NCBI GenBank assembly: GCA_051294375.1
Contig: CM119270.1
Location: 15,988,111 to 16,052,110, forward strand
Length of the DNA stretch: 64,000 nucleotides
Reading direction: 5' to 3'
Source of the DNA: Paraspadella gotoi
Taxonomy: Eukaryota > Animalia > Chaetognatha
Part shown: positions 22,300-40,624 of the stretch, one piece after another
Layout of the letters: every line of letters begins with the position of its first letter
Position numbering within the stretch: the stretch's first letter is position 1
Notes under the pieces: generated by a model
The model's database searches: none
What the model was told of the DNA's origin: nothing
The model's input: the letters and a program-made list of their open reading frames with translations, nothing else
Made by a program: the position numbers and the translations under genes

Positions 22300-24707
22300 G
22301 GCTAACGATTTTGGCGTTAACGCTGTGTTCATAAAAGAAAGGAAGTTATGAACGGTCCCATTATACGTTTTTAATGTCGCGCAAAGTTTTGATAATAATT
22401 TTTTTATCGTTTTTTTTTTAATGCTGGTTCAAGTAAATCAAAAATTTAGCCATTTAAAGTGAATCCACGCATTTTCTATTTATATATGAAAATAAACGCA
22501 GCTTCGATATCGGGAATATAACAGTGTATGCGTTTAAACACTGACACACAATCACACTTAAAATTTAAAACACGACTTTTGTCTTCGTACGACCTGTAAT
22601 TTTTTTTGTTCCGTTAATTTATAGAATTTTTTGGACGATCGAAAATAGATTATACGAAGTAGTATGTTTGCTGAGCAAAATAGTAAAACCGCAATCATTG
22701 TCGTAGCTTCTATTTTTAAAACTTCACCCTTGTCTTTTTTCTTTTGCGCCAAACGAACTTTGATTCACATGCACAAAAAGTACGAAAGAACGGTTGCCAA
22801 ATTATTTATATATAAACGACTATATAAGAAAAAGTAAACGTAACAAAGATAGTAATTTCTCGTAAACGAATCTACAGCTAAACTACGGACTGTGAAAGTT
22901 TCTTTTCATCGTCTTAAAAAAGCACTGACCATATGTTCTTTTCCATAGAATAACCAAATCATTTCGTATTGTTGTGCTGAACACATACATGTAGTTAGTC
23001 ATCGACAAACGCTGATTGTTTAATGTTTAATAGTGCTATGGAAGGGAGCGGCAAACAGAGGAAAATGAACCATATTTTATTTCAGTCGCAACTAGAGGAT
23101 GTTGTACATTTGTATAATTTTTTTTAAATTTCGTTTAAAAAGCAACTGGAAAGTGAAAAGAAAATCTGAATTTAGATAACTTTTATCACAATTAGACAAC
23201 CACATGAAAACCTAAACCCCATATTTTTTACACTCCCATATGAAAATTAAATAGCCCGGTTGTCTTGCGAAAATGACGTGAAACCGTGCCGATAAATAAA
23301 AATAAAGGCACCTAATCTACGTACGGAGCTTCACAACAAGCCGATTAAATTATTTATAAAATGGTTAGGGGCGTGTGCGAAGGGATGAAATTAAACGATA
23401 TTGGTTTTGTTCCGATGTTTTCATTTAAATTATATCTAATATGACGTGTAAAACACGATTGTACCCTAGAAGTCTTAATTGTCAACGTCCAAGTTTAAAA
23501 AAAAAAAAAAAAACCAAAAAAACATGAGGCCTTCTCTGCCGATGACGACAAACTCCGGTTGACGAACGAGGGGAGGGGACGGGAAAGAAGGGGGATAAGG
23601 GGAATAGATGGGGAAAGTGGGGAAGGGGTGGAATATGACAGGAAGGCGAGAAAGCGGACTTAAACCGCGTCGACGAACAATAAAACGAAGCGCGCTCCTC
23701 ATTCCGGAACGAAAAAAAAATATTTTCGTGAGATTACATTTCCGTTACAGTTCTAATATCACGACTCACGGCAATTGAATAGGACGAAAGGTGGAAACTA
23801 ATTTCCATGAAAAATTGCCATCCTTTGGACATTTTTCGATGTCCCAAACAATCGTCAAGTTCCCGGCTTCATTGTCAAAATTCAGGCAATGCCATTGTTT
23901 TTCTTTTTCTTTCTTCGTCGGGAGTGATGACCGATTCTCTTTCGTTATCGACGGGGTTTTGAGAGATTGGGGAGAGGGGTCCGTCCACGTGGGTTTCGAA
24001 ACCATTTCTCGATTCTTTGGAGACGAGGGTAAAATGCATAAGGGGGGCTTCAAATGCAGGGTCGTTTAGGTGTTGGGCAGAGGGAGTGGGAAGCATTGAC
24101 TGAGAGTTCAGCTGGTCGGCAGTTTTGGCTTTTCTCGATGGCACCGGCGCGGGGCGCCCCGACTTCAAGGTAGTAGTAGTAGTACAGGCGGTGGACAGAC
24201 GACGACAAGATTCGGGGTTTTTCGTTTAAACAGAGATAAAGAGAGAGAGAGACGCCTTTTAGGGTACGAGTAACGACGATAAAACGTTAAACGGAGAAAA
24301 AGAAAGAAAACGGCGCTTGCGTTTCATTATGCCGAATTTTGTTTTGTGTGTGTTTTGCTTTGTTTCGTTTTTATGTCAATCGCCGCCGTTTTTGCCTAGT
24401 AGTGTGTGTGAAAGAGATAGAGAATGAATTCGAGGGCTCACGTACGAAGAAAATAAGCTCTAGCTAAAAAGGGTTATTATTTAGATCGAGAAGATGCGGA
24501 AAAGGCTGATGGTATATTTTTGTATGTTCGCTTTTTTATCGTAGAATCGTGCGATATAATTCATGCTGTTCCTAGGTTAATCTGATATTCTATCGATGTG
24601 TCGGGGAGTGTTATTAATTGATATTTGAAGACCCCGGCTTATCCGGTCACTCCGAAGACCGGAAGGTGCGGTGGCGCGAAAGGTCAAATCCAAACACGCG
24701 TCGGAGT

Positions 24708-29015
<4,308 letters not shown>

Positions 29016-29258
29016 ATTACAACTTCCTACAGTTGCTGATTATGTGATGCCACAAAAAATGCGGACTGAAAAAACTAGTAAAGCCTGTAGGAAAAAAACG
29101 AGATAAGAGGGAATTGGGCTAAGAGGGAATGTTTTTAAAATTAAAGTAAATGTTACTACAGTATTTTTGAAAACATGCGATGAAAAAACAAATTTCGTTT
29201 CAATTTATTTCATTTGAAAGTTTCGTGAGAGTGGCGCCCAGAAAAGGAATCAACTCAT

Positions 29259-29271
29259 CGCCGCCATTTTG
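29259..29271 (-). promoter_or_regulatory. YY1-type motif (AAAATGGCGG) in the DDX3 5' region
   Basis: cgccgccattttg in a CpG-rich patch (about 29230-29520) upstream of a 5'UTR acceptor at about 29086. Confidence 0.4.
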
Positions 29272-31278
29272 TTGAGAGCGTAAGAAGCGAGGGTTACAGA
29301 ACTCGGACCCCCGGTAAATATGATTTGGACCGGGCGCTGGCTTCATTAACATTTTAGGTCGGGGTAGTTGGGCCGTCGGGTGGTTTGCAAATGGCCGGCG
29401 CTTGTTTGGCTGATGAGGACCTGCAGCAGCGGCAGCAGAAGCAGCTGCCGCGGTTGGGCTGCATGCAATCGACGACGGACCCAGAAAAAAAGGGAAGCTC
29501 AGCTCGACGAGATCATTCGAGAGAGATTAGCTAAAATGGGATAATCTTTAAGATTAATTTTAGTGAAAAATATACAACCGTACAACTATTTCATTATGCT
29601 TCTTTGGAATTTATCGGACGTATTGAAAACTCTCTTTTCATTCGTTTATTAACTGGTTATACTCGTTCATGCTCGTCCCATTTAGTATGATGTTAAATTG
29701 TTCTTTTCTCTTTTTCTATAAAAAAAAGTTAGAAGAAGCAGTTCTGTTGAAATTAATTTTTGTAATATTTGATTGGCTTTATAAACTGATAAACAATTTT
29801 ATCTCGATTTAAACAAAAAACGAGAAAATACTTGATCGGTGAAATGACATCCGTTATCTCAGCTCTTTCGATCGTTCTTGTTTTATGTTTAGCTGAATAT
29901 TGTGCGAGGCTAGTGAGGTTTTACTCTACTTTTAGTTAAATTAGTGTAGATTAATGCTGACTACGATTTGAATAAGTTTTTAAACTTAGTTGCTAAATGA
30001 TTGTCTGTTGGTTGCCCGATTTAATGGATAACTCATATACAATTAAATGTCACAAACAACTAGTGAGGCAAAAATCATTTCATTAAGTAACTAAGTTATT
30101 AACTCAACTAGGAATTATTAGGTTTGTTTGGAAAATCTTTCATAACCATTAAAGACCTTTACCCGCTTAAACCCAAATTCTATTCATATTATTTCAAATT
30201 CAATTAAATTTAAGAGGTTATTCCAGTGTCACTGGCAGTGACTTAGAAGTTAACTATCTTCCACAGCACAGGCCGAATGAAGAACGCGGTCGCGAACTCG
30301 GTTCTTTTGTTCGGTTTTCCGTGGAAATCCGCTTCGCCGTCGAAAACAAGAGTCCGTCTTTGTCTTGGCATCGGTTTGCATGGTGCGCGCGCCGGAACCT
30401 ATTCCATCCGGGCCACACGACTTCACAGCACTATAGGAAAACATGGTGCACGCTTGCGCTAAAGAAAAAAGCGTCATCGAGACGCGTCGCGTTTCATCTA
30501 TGTATGAGAGCCGTCTTTAGATCAGGAGACTATCTAGAAATACCTTGATGATACCGGTTGTGCTTATGACTGATTTTTCTAATCAAACATGAAAAGATTT
30601 CCAAGATCGATCCAATGGAATGGAAGGCGGGAGAATCGGAATGGCGGGAGTTAGTTTTCGAAGCGAAAATCCCTGTCTTATTTTGATTGATGTTTTCTAC
30701 ATACAAATTTTCATTTATTTTCATTTAAATTTAAGTTTTTAACTGCGATAACAAAAATCTTTTAAATATTTAGCAGGGATAACGACAAAATACAATCTTG
30801 TAAACGACATAAATATTTCGGAGATTTTCAATTCAATTTTCGTTATTCAACACCGCAAAGAGTTTTTTTTTGTCAAGATATTTTTTCTCTTCGAGACTAA
30901 TTCGATTTCCGATTTGTTTTGCTTCGAAAAACCGAAATTCGACGTATCCCGACTTGAATTTCAATTAAAGAATCACAAATACAAAACAACCTAAAATGCT
31001 TCATAGGCTTTACCGTTTACGTGAGTTAAGTGTAAACAAAGCTCATAATAATAAACGTAAAACTTTTGAAAAGAAAACATTATTAAACTCGGGATTGTTG
31101 TTTTGGTCTTTTAATTGTTGTTTGGAATATTTATTTGTTTTATTCGCTCCCACTTCTTAACGCGTCGCTTTCTCGACGAAAGCAGTCCGGCCTAATTTAA
31201 TTACTCATAATCGTTTTATACAGAAGAGAAGCTCACCCATTGCCAATTAACCCTCTCCCTTCCTCCATGAATATTTAA

Positions 31279-31447
<169 letters not shown>

Positions 31448-31881
31448 ATAGACAATTACATTTGAGTACGAAGTATGAAGTACGAAGTATTGCGATGTAA
31501 TAAATGGGCGGTCGCGGCAGAAACAAAAATCTAATTATTTGCTTTTCGTTTCATCATTTTGATCGACCGATTTTTGACAGATTTATTCCCAATCTCATTT
31601 CCGACGATCTCGATCGTGCTGCGACTTTTTCTGCCATGGTAAATGAAACGAATCAATACACAAACAAAGGATGATTGAAAGAAAAAGAAAAACTGAAAAA
31701 CGAGACAGGAAAATAAACGAACGATTAAAGCAATAAAAAGAGCAGAAAAACTACAAAAAACACCAATACGTCTTCGTGGTTTAGTAAATAAAATTTATGA
31801 CATAAAAACTAAGCATTGAAAAAAAAAAACCCCAACAACTGCATCCTCTCATAACTAAAAAACAATACAAAACACAAGAAC

Positions 31882-33432
31882 ATGCGACCGTCTCGCTCAC
31901 GACCCGTTGTCCCCTTCGTCGTCATCCTTCTCCTCGCCTGGGCGTCGACCGTCTCTGCCATCGTCCATCGGGTGGGCGCGCCCATCTCGATGACCTGCAG
32001 TCGGCAAGAAGAAAATGGTTTCGCCTACGATCCCGCTTTTGACGCCAAGACTTTCAAGTCAGACGCCTACGTCACACTCTTCACTGGCGCGAGCCCGCGA
32101 CCTGAGACGGAGGTGGCCAAATGGACGGTGAAGAGAGAGGGGAACGACTTTGTGTACACCCTCAAAAAGGCAACCATCGAAGACGCTGGGCTGTACAAGT
32201 GCAACAACATCATCGACGATCTTCATCCTATTACTGTCGTCGGGAACGAGGCATGACCCATTCGTAGACGTCGAAAGAAACGTTGTGGTGTTGGGGCTGT
32301 TGTTGGGGCCGTTGAATTGGTTAAAGTTGAACCACTAATAAGTTTTATGTGGCAAACTGAGGTTTAAGTTTAATTAGGAAATTTTGTAATAAGGATTGTT
32401 TTCCGAGCCTAAAGCGGATCATTGTATTTTTCGTTTTCTAGGTAATAACCAACCCCACTCTCGTTGACCAGGTCTTCTGCCCATCCGACCCTCCGCTCCT
32501 AAAAGAGGGCGACTTCTTTGAAGAAACGTGCTCCATGGCCAAGGCTGGGCCGGACCCGGTGCGTCTCAAGTGGCGCGACGCCTCTGACGGCGGCTTAGTT
32601 AACTTCACATTTGGGCGGGATCAGTCTGGTTGGGAAAGCGAAGACGGCCGGACGAGATCCCTTCTGCATATGAAATTGGTGCCCTTGGATAACGGATTAA
32701 ACTTGGAATGCGTCGTCGAAGGCGCGAAGTAAGAGAAATCTGGAGGAGAGTTGAGAACTGTGAGGTAGCGGGAAATGATATATAGTGGAAGCGAAAGCGA
32801 TTTAAATTCTAAATATAAAAGTAAAACGTGGCGACGAAAACTGGCCGACATAAACGGGTATAAAACCTATTTAGAAAAGCTCCTTGTCACTATTTTCATC
32901 TATTGTCTAATCTCTCTTCACTTGCCCACCCAGTTACCCCGACCTTTCCTGCTCTTTCGGACCTCTCCAAGTCGACTTCCACGTTCGCGCCGACGGTCTC
33001 CTCGACGAGGACATCTACGAAGACAAAGTCAGAGTCTTCCTCCGCGGAAATCCGCCTGCGATCGCCGACGTCATCCGCGTCGATTTCGAGGAGAACAAAT
33101 TCCAGCTCGAGGTGAATCACGTGGTCGATCAAGAATGTGATACACCTGTGAAGTGGGTAATTGTTAGGATCAAGAATGTGATACACCTGTCAAGTGGGTA
33201 ATTGTTAGGATCAAGAATGTGGTGCTGCTGTTACGTGGGTAATTGTTAGGATCAAGAATGTGGTGCAGCTATGACGTGGGTAATTGTTTATTGAAGCAAA
33301 TGCTTTTTGGGGCGAATGCCGAAATTTCTGACCCGGCAGCATTTCCTCTCCATTGGAGACTTTTCTCTCTCACTCTGTCTGTCTGTCTGTTCTTCTTCTT
33401 CTCTCTTCTCTCTCTTCTCTCGTTCTCTCTCT

Positions 33433-33490
<58 letters not shown>

Positions 33491-34611
33491 CTGCCTACCA
33501 TCTTATCCATTACGTATTTTTTTATATATTTTCTGACATCAACTTATTCCCCCCCCTCGACTCCACCCTCTCTAGACCAAATTCTTTCCCGAGGATTCCC
33601 ACTTTGCCGTACAGCTGCATTTCTTAGAAACGCCCAAGGCGGGCGAGCCTTTCGTCGCCAACGTCACCTACTTTGGGCGCCTGGTGAAGACGATCCGATT
33701 TCACTCCGCCTCCGACCAGGACCTCGGCGACCGAGCGGCGTCGACGGGCGGCGACGCGGGAACCATCGCCGGCGTCGTCGTCGCCCTCGTACTCATCCTC
33801 ATCTGCGCGGTGTTGCTCGTCATCCTCTGGAAGAAGAAGATCCTGTTCGGGGCGAAGGAGGCGGAGGAGGATAAGTTGGACGAAGCCGAGAAGGGATTCA
33901 CCGCCGGTGAGCAGGGAGATTCGTCGGGGTAGGAATTGCTGTTCGGTTGTCCGTGAGTCTGTTTGAAAAAAAAGAAAAAAAAACAACTGGGAATAAAAGC
34001 TGAAGGGTTTTTTAACCACTGGTTTGAAGCGGTCATCGGAGAATATGTTTCATCTGATTCGCATCGTTGGTAAGTCCCTTGGTCAGTTAAATTTTTCATT
34101 GCATCGCAATTTTCGCAGACGGAGATGACAAGGAAATAGAAGAGGCAAATGAGATTAAGCCGGATGAAGAGATAAAGCTTGTATCCAACACAGATGGGAA
34201 TGTCGAGGTAAGTTTATGATGTAGTAAATTAATCATACGTACTCATGACATAACTAGAGTAAATGGGGTAAAGTTTTGAATTGTATTTACATTGTATACA
34301 ATAATGGCAGAGAATATATTTGAGATTAAAATTTGTCATTATTTTTACAAATATGTTTTGCTTGCGCAAAAAATAGCCGAAACATACTCGAATAAACATT
34401 TTGCCGTCGTTGAAAATAGAATTCAATATTTTACCTAATTTACTTTAAGTATAAACGCAACAAAAAGAAAGGATATAATTATAAAACAATCCCAATACAT
34501 ATTTTTATTTAATGTTAATTAATCTTATTATATTAGGACAAAGGACCATCATCTGGGGAGAAACTGGAAGACCAGTCGCCTACCTCCAAGCCGCTTGAGA
34601 CCGCCACGTGA
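31882..34611 (+). CDS. Immunoglobulin-superfamily type I membrane protein
   Basis: Signal peptide (VVILLLAWASTVSA), Ig domain C...W...YTL...ATIEDAGLYKC, second Ig-like domain (C...LKW...DNGLNLEC), TM IAGVVVALVLILICAVLLVILW followed by KKK, acidic tail. Exons about 31882-32250 (donor ambiguous), 32442-32728, 32934-33156, 33576-33906, 34119-34207, 34537-34611, with consistent phases. Confidence 0.8.
33127..33290 (+). repeat. 4 x 41 bp tandem repeat spanning the exon 3 splice donor of the Ig gene
   Basis: Units start at 33127, 33168, 33209, 33250: gatcaagaatgtg...gtgg|gtaattgttag. Confidence 0.92.
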
Positions 34612-37600
34612 AGTTTTTCCATGGAATTCGATATACATTAATACTATTTTATGATGGTATTTATTTTGGAAACTAAAAGTATTAAAACAAAAATTAAAAA
34701 AAAATCAGGTACATAATATTTCAGGGCGTTCCAGTTTTTGACTGCAGGATATGTGTAGTTTGGACCGTTTGAAATTATTTTACGCAACAAGTCATTCTAT
34801 CATTGTATCAAGCATGCGAAACCTTAGTGCCATGTCGACCGAATTCAAACCACATTCTATAACCGTGTAAATAAGTTCGTTATGAAAACTGTGTGTACTG
34901 TGTACACTGTATGCATTCCACCACCGAGCGCGTCACGCATTTAATCGTTTTTTTTAGTGTGTGTGGCTCCGATTTGTAGATAAATAGTACTTGTAACGTT
35001 ATTATCGTTTTTTTTTGTTAAAATACTCACTAATACGGTAGGTGCTTTTAATGTGGGTGGAAGAGGCATGGATTTTTCATACGGTACATGATATGCGTTT
35101 TCGATTTGACCAGCAATTACTGCCAAGAAAGAAATATTTTTTTTCCTTCTTGAGAATCGTCAAGCAGTATTATTATATGAAGAAATGTATATTTAAACCA
35201 TAAACACCATGGTCTTAGAAACCAAATGTAATTTAAGTAATTTTATTAGCTTTTCGGGCTATTGTTTGCACGAACAGTGGAGTCATTGACAAGGGGTTTG
35301 ATTCGCCATTTTTGATAGAGGAAAGTTTGTCACTGATAATAAAGAAATCGGATTCCACTGATAGCGCAATGATTATCGCATTAACTTGAATGTAGCAAGC
35401 TATCGTTCTTTAAATGTAGAAAATTTTAGGTAGTTGTGATTTCAGTAGAATAGAAATTAATTTTAAAAATTGTTAATTTAAATCGTTATGTGACAAATAT
35501 TTGAAAATACTCAGTTGTTCAATATCGTTATCTATTAATCTGGCAGTGAAAAATGTTCCTTTTTATGTAGCTTTAAACAAAGCTATGAAGATATTGTATT
35601 GGTACTATAAAAATTTATCAAAATGGGTTTTTTTTTCAGTCAAAAAATAGAGAGAAAATAAAGTTTATAATTTTTATTATAGCAACGATTATCTTACGAA
35701 ACATGTCCATTGTTTGTTCTAACAAACATTCGTTGCTGAAATAAAAATTACAAACTTTGTTTCCTCTCAATCGGAACGTAATGAAAAGAAAGCAAAATAC
35801 CATAACTACAAGTCAAAAAATCAATAAAATAACGATTTATTCATTTCTACTGTTAGATTATTGTAAAACAGAAAGTTGTTTCCTTATTTAATTTTGATTC
35901 GCGTTGTTAACTTATTTCATTATTTTACACTTTAGAAACGATACTAATGTTTCAGTTCCTGCTTTATTGCTTTGGCTATGGTTTAATAAAATAAACTGCA
36001 GGTCATATTGGTTTTTGGAAAGACAGCTATTTTTTGAATTTAAATAAATATACGTTTAAAGTAAAATAATTAACACTTGTAAGTAAGGAGCCAAAACAAT
36101 TTTTTTACCTTTTAAATTTTCGTACACTCAATTTTCAAAATGTTTTTTACATTTTTCCTGTGATTTTTAAAATATTGACAATTTTTTTTAGCCTAACGAA
36201 AAGTATTTCTGCCAGGCTACTGGCTTCCGTTGACCTTCATGTTCCTTTTATCAATTAATTTAATATATGAATAGTATTCTCAGGATTCTTCAATGCTTTT
36301 TTCCTATTCCATTTATGTCATGCCAAGAGATTTGAAAGTTCCTCTGTAATAATAATAATTAAAATATATCTGATCTCAAAATATTTCGTTATAAGTTTTG
36401 TTGCATTTTAATAATTGGATTCGGTATAATTTCTACTGTTTTTGTTGTTCCAATTTCCAAGTATGAATTTTCGTTTTTTGACTCTATATTTCTAAACATT
36501 GCTTATCAAGCCAAACATATTATATGTTTTTCATCAAAGCTTAACCATGGCAACGGAAATGTTATTCATTTTTTTCTTAAGATATTGTTGACTGCTCTTT
36601 AAGATACACAGCTTAGATAAATCGTGGCGTCTAATTTAATAAATCAAAACTTTTTGGGAACAGTTTTGTATATACTTTTCAAATATACATATTTGCCATG
36701 ATAGCTCTTTTTAGGGATTTTTTCTCCTATTAATTCATTATTGTGTTGTATGAAATAATAAATCTAAATATGGCTTTCTTATCCCTTTTCTTCATTAACA
36801 AATTTTAAAATAGGCACATTGTATTCCACTTTTGATAATACTTAATAGTTATTTTTATGAGTTCATATTGAGCATAAAGGAACCGGACCCGTCAGGTTAT
36901 TTTGGCATCGTTTCTTTGAGTCTGATATGGTTTAAGTTATAATCGAAGTTATAAATTAAAGTAGTGTTGCATTTTTTTACTTCTTGAGTACAATTTGATT
37001 GGTATTGATTTTTTATCCTCAAATTTAAAAAAAAAATATCACGTTGCAGATAACGCGTCGAGGATCGCAGCTTGGAAACTAAATGATTGGCCACGCCTGC
37101 GATTAAGCATAAATTAAAAACATAAAAGTTAAAGATGTAAAATTAACCGTTGTTCTTTTATTTTTAATCACGATTTCTGCCTTTCTATTTCCTCTTGTGA
37201 TAAATTCTGAAAGTGAGCATAGTAAATTTTAAACATAAGCGCATCGCCTTATCAAGAAGATAGCATACACACAAAGCACTAATTATCAATAATTAGTAGC
37301 GATTTTTTTTAGATTTAAAAAAACTAGGATCCAAACTGGTGATCTTTTCTGTGTGAACGAGATGAACGATCCCACTCTTCTAATATAAAGAGCGACGTAG
37401 GGCGCTTCATGTTGATTTTGACATTTCGGCCTTCGCGTTGAATCGGTGGTAAGTCGCCACATCCTTTTCGAATCCTCGGACGACGTTTGAGATAATGAGA
37501 GTGTCAAGGATTCAAGACATTGTGGGAGAGTGAGGATGGAGGTGGGATCGGGTGAGTTCGGGTGAGTCCGTCTCATTACATTCCGGAATTTTCGCTAATC

Positions 37601-37829
37601 TCATCCGACGTCAAAAAGATGGCGCCCCGCGCCCGTCTCTCCCGAAAAGGGATCGGCGATAAGAAGATCATGCATCCATGATTTGTGACAACATCTTTAA
37701 TTGTCGGTTAACATCGTATCATTTCTTTTCAATCGCTGGTACATTCGCTCAATTCGACAAATATAATAATATATTAATATAATATATAATTTCTTTTCCT
37801 TTTAACGAATCCTCGATGTTGCGATTAAC

Positions 37830-39298
37830 ATTTTTAAATCAGCAAATTCTGTATTCTGGTTTGCCGATCGTCAAATTAATTTAAACAATACAAGAGTACA
37901 ATATATTTGTACAATAGATTGTTTAATCACCTTCTCTTTGCGGTATATCGTGCCGTCTCGTGTCATCCTTAAAAGAAATCGGGGCGATCGGCGTCGTCGC
38001 CGCTCAAACGTTTCCAGGATCCGATCTCCGAGTTAAAGAGACGCGAATCGAGAATCGAGAATGAATCAAGCGGTGAGTGATATGGCGAGTGAGGTAGAGA
38101 TAAGGAGGTTGAGGAGAGGGATGGAAGATCGTTGAGAGAATAGAGCGTATAGGATGGGAGGAGGAATATTAGGAGAATCGGAGAGAAGATATTGCTTACA
38201 TGTGTATGTTGCAGTTGTTCTGAAATGTATTGAGGAACCGGGGAGGATGTCGCAGTTGTAGACGGGAGGAGGAGGATAGTAAGAGAGAGAAAGAGGAGGA
38301 GAGAGAGAGAGAAGAGAGAGAAGAGAGAGAGATCAGATGATGAGACGGAGAGGAGCGGAGTTGAGAGAGAGGAGGAGAGAGAGCGGCGTATTGTTTCTGA
38401 GAAATTCGATAAACAATAAATCTTTTTTAATTAACGAAAAAGAACTACACTAACGCACACACCTCGTCTCTCTCCTCTCTTCTCTCTCTCTCTCTGCGTG
38501 CTCTCTCTCCAAATTCCTGGAGCGCAGTATTGTTACGACGGTTTCTCGACGGAAAAAGTCTCTGATTCTCTGGCATATTCTAATAAGTTATCTCTTATTC
38601 GCTGTTCAGATCGTTTTAGTCGACAGTGTATATTTGCGCAGAGCGCGGGTTGTGTTGAGTTGTGTGGGGTGTAGTTCCTACGCCAACGACGATGGTATTT
38701 TATCGCCCTAACGATATTTTAATACGTTTCATTGAATTTTTTTTTTTAAACTGGAACCGCCAGAGGGACCAAAACATTCCTCCACGCAAATCCATTTTTT
38801 TTCTTGCGGACGATTCTTTGCTTTAAACGAAAGTCTCATTCCCTATGTAATCGTCGATGCCATAAGTTTCTTGCCCTTCAACATTTATGATTGGAGAAAA
38901 ACATTTTTAAATCAGCAAATTCTTGTATTTCTGGTTTTGCCGATCGTCCAGGTAGAAATCAATTTAAAACGAATACAAAACGAGTACAATATAATTTGTC
39001 AATTAGATGTTAAATCACCTTCTGCTTTGCGTATATCGTGCCCGTCTCGGTGTCATCCTTAAAAGAAATCGGGGAGGCGAAAATTTTCGGGCCCCGTCGG
39101 TCGCGCTAAACGTTTCCAAGGATCCCGCATCTCGCAGTTTAAGAGACGCGAATTCCGATGAATCGGAGATGGGTAACAAAGAGATACAGCGAGACGAGCA
39201 GAAAGGAGGAGAGCGAACGGAGAAAGACGTAAGCGGAGAATGATGAGAAAAAACTATATTGCATTTCTAATACGCCGGAGGATGTCGTAACAGAGAGA

Positions 39299-39334
<36 letters not shown>

Positions 39335-39845
39335 ACTGAGAGAAGACAGAGAGAGAGAGAGCAGAGAGAGAGAGAGAGAAGAAGAGAGCAGAGAGCGTAT
39401 TTGTTCTGAGAAATTCGATAACACATTAAACTTTTTATAACGAAAAAGGAGAAACACTCCAACACCACTCCTCTCTCTCATCTCTCGGTCTCCTCTCTCT
39501 CTCTTCTCTCTCCTCTCAATTACCGAGCGCGTATTTCGAGGTTATCGAGAAAGTTATCTTGCAATTCTTAAGATCTCTTTCTTTCACTGTTATCAAATTA
39601 TTTTCGAACGGGTGTTTTTGTTTAGTCCTACGCCCAACGGACGATGGTATGTCGGTTTATCGCCGCTAACGATATTTTAATACGTTTCATTGAATTTTTT
39701 TTAAACGGAACCGCCAGAGGACCAAAACATTCCCTTCCAGCAAAATCCTTTTTTTTTCTTGGGACGATTCTTTGGCTTTAAACAAGTCCATTCCATGTAT
39801 ATCGTCGATGCCATAAGTTTTCTGCCCTATCAACATTTATGATTG
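37830..39845. repeat. Noisy ~1 kb tandem duplication
   Basis: 37830-38900 recurs at 38903-39845 with many single-base insertions and deletions. Confidence 0.8.
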
Positions 39846-40174
39846 CTGAGAAAAAAAAAAGTGCGTCATGCTTTTAATGAGTCTTCAGAACCCCTACGCT
39901 ACCCTTTTTTTGTGCGAGAGAGAGAGAGAGAGATTGAGAGAGAGATGAGAGAGAGATTAGAGAGGTAGCGAGAGAGAGGAGGAAGAGAGGAGAGGCAACA
40001 GAGGGAGGGTGGGTGAGGAGAGGATTAAAAAAGTTCCGCTCGCTAACTCCAATCAACTTATTTTTCAACTTCATTGTATGTTGACTATTTTGCGAGTGAG
40101 AGAGCCGAGAGCGAAGGAAAAAATATGAGAGAGAGAGGAGAGAGAAGATAGGAGAGAGAGAGAGAGGAAGAGAA

Positions 40175-40219
<45 letters not shown>

Positions 40220-40552
40220 AAACCGACGGAGCCCGGATTAATAAAGCGGCGCTGACGTTTGCTGCCGCTCGTCACCATGGACGATGTCGGACGCCGACGA
40301 CAGACGAGACGATGCCGACGACGACGAAGACGACGACGAAGAGCGACGGCGCTGAAAAGCCGCAGGATTTATTGATGAATCGCCGGGAAATTGAAATTGA
40401 AAACGGACTTCGGTAGCGCCACAGCACATGCGGAGTTTAGAGGAAAAAAATTTCTCTGAAACAATATGAACAGAGAGAGAGGTTGAGAGAGGAAGAAAAT
40501 GGGTTGCAAAAGAGTGACAGGGGAGGGTGTTGCAGGAAAGAAGAGAGAGAGG

Positions 40553-40624
<72 letters not shown>

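Noticed and set aside
29410-29450. CTGATGAGGAC as a second hammerhead core
   Set aside because: No closing stem II or GAAA follows.
30250-30550. Small gene divergent from DDX3
   Set aside because: GC-rich block with only short ORFs, no recognisable motif and no consistent splice structure.
33127-33290. CRISPR-like appearance of the 41 bp array (also 50700-50890)
   Set aside because: Eukaryotic context, no unique spacers and no cas genes; these are simple tandem duplications.
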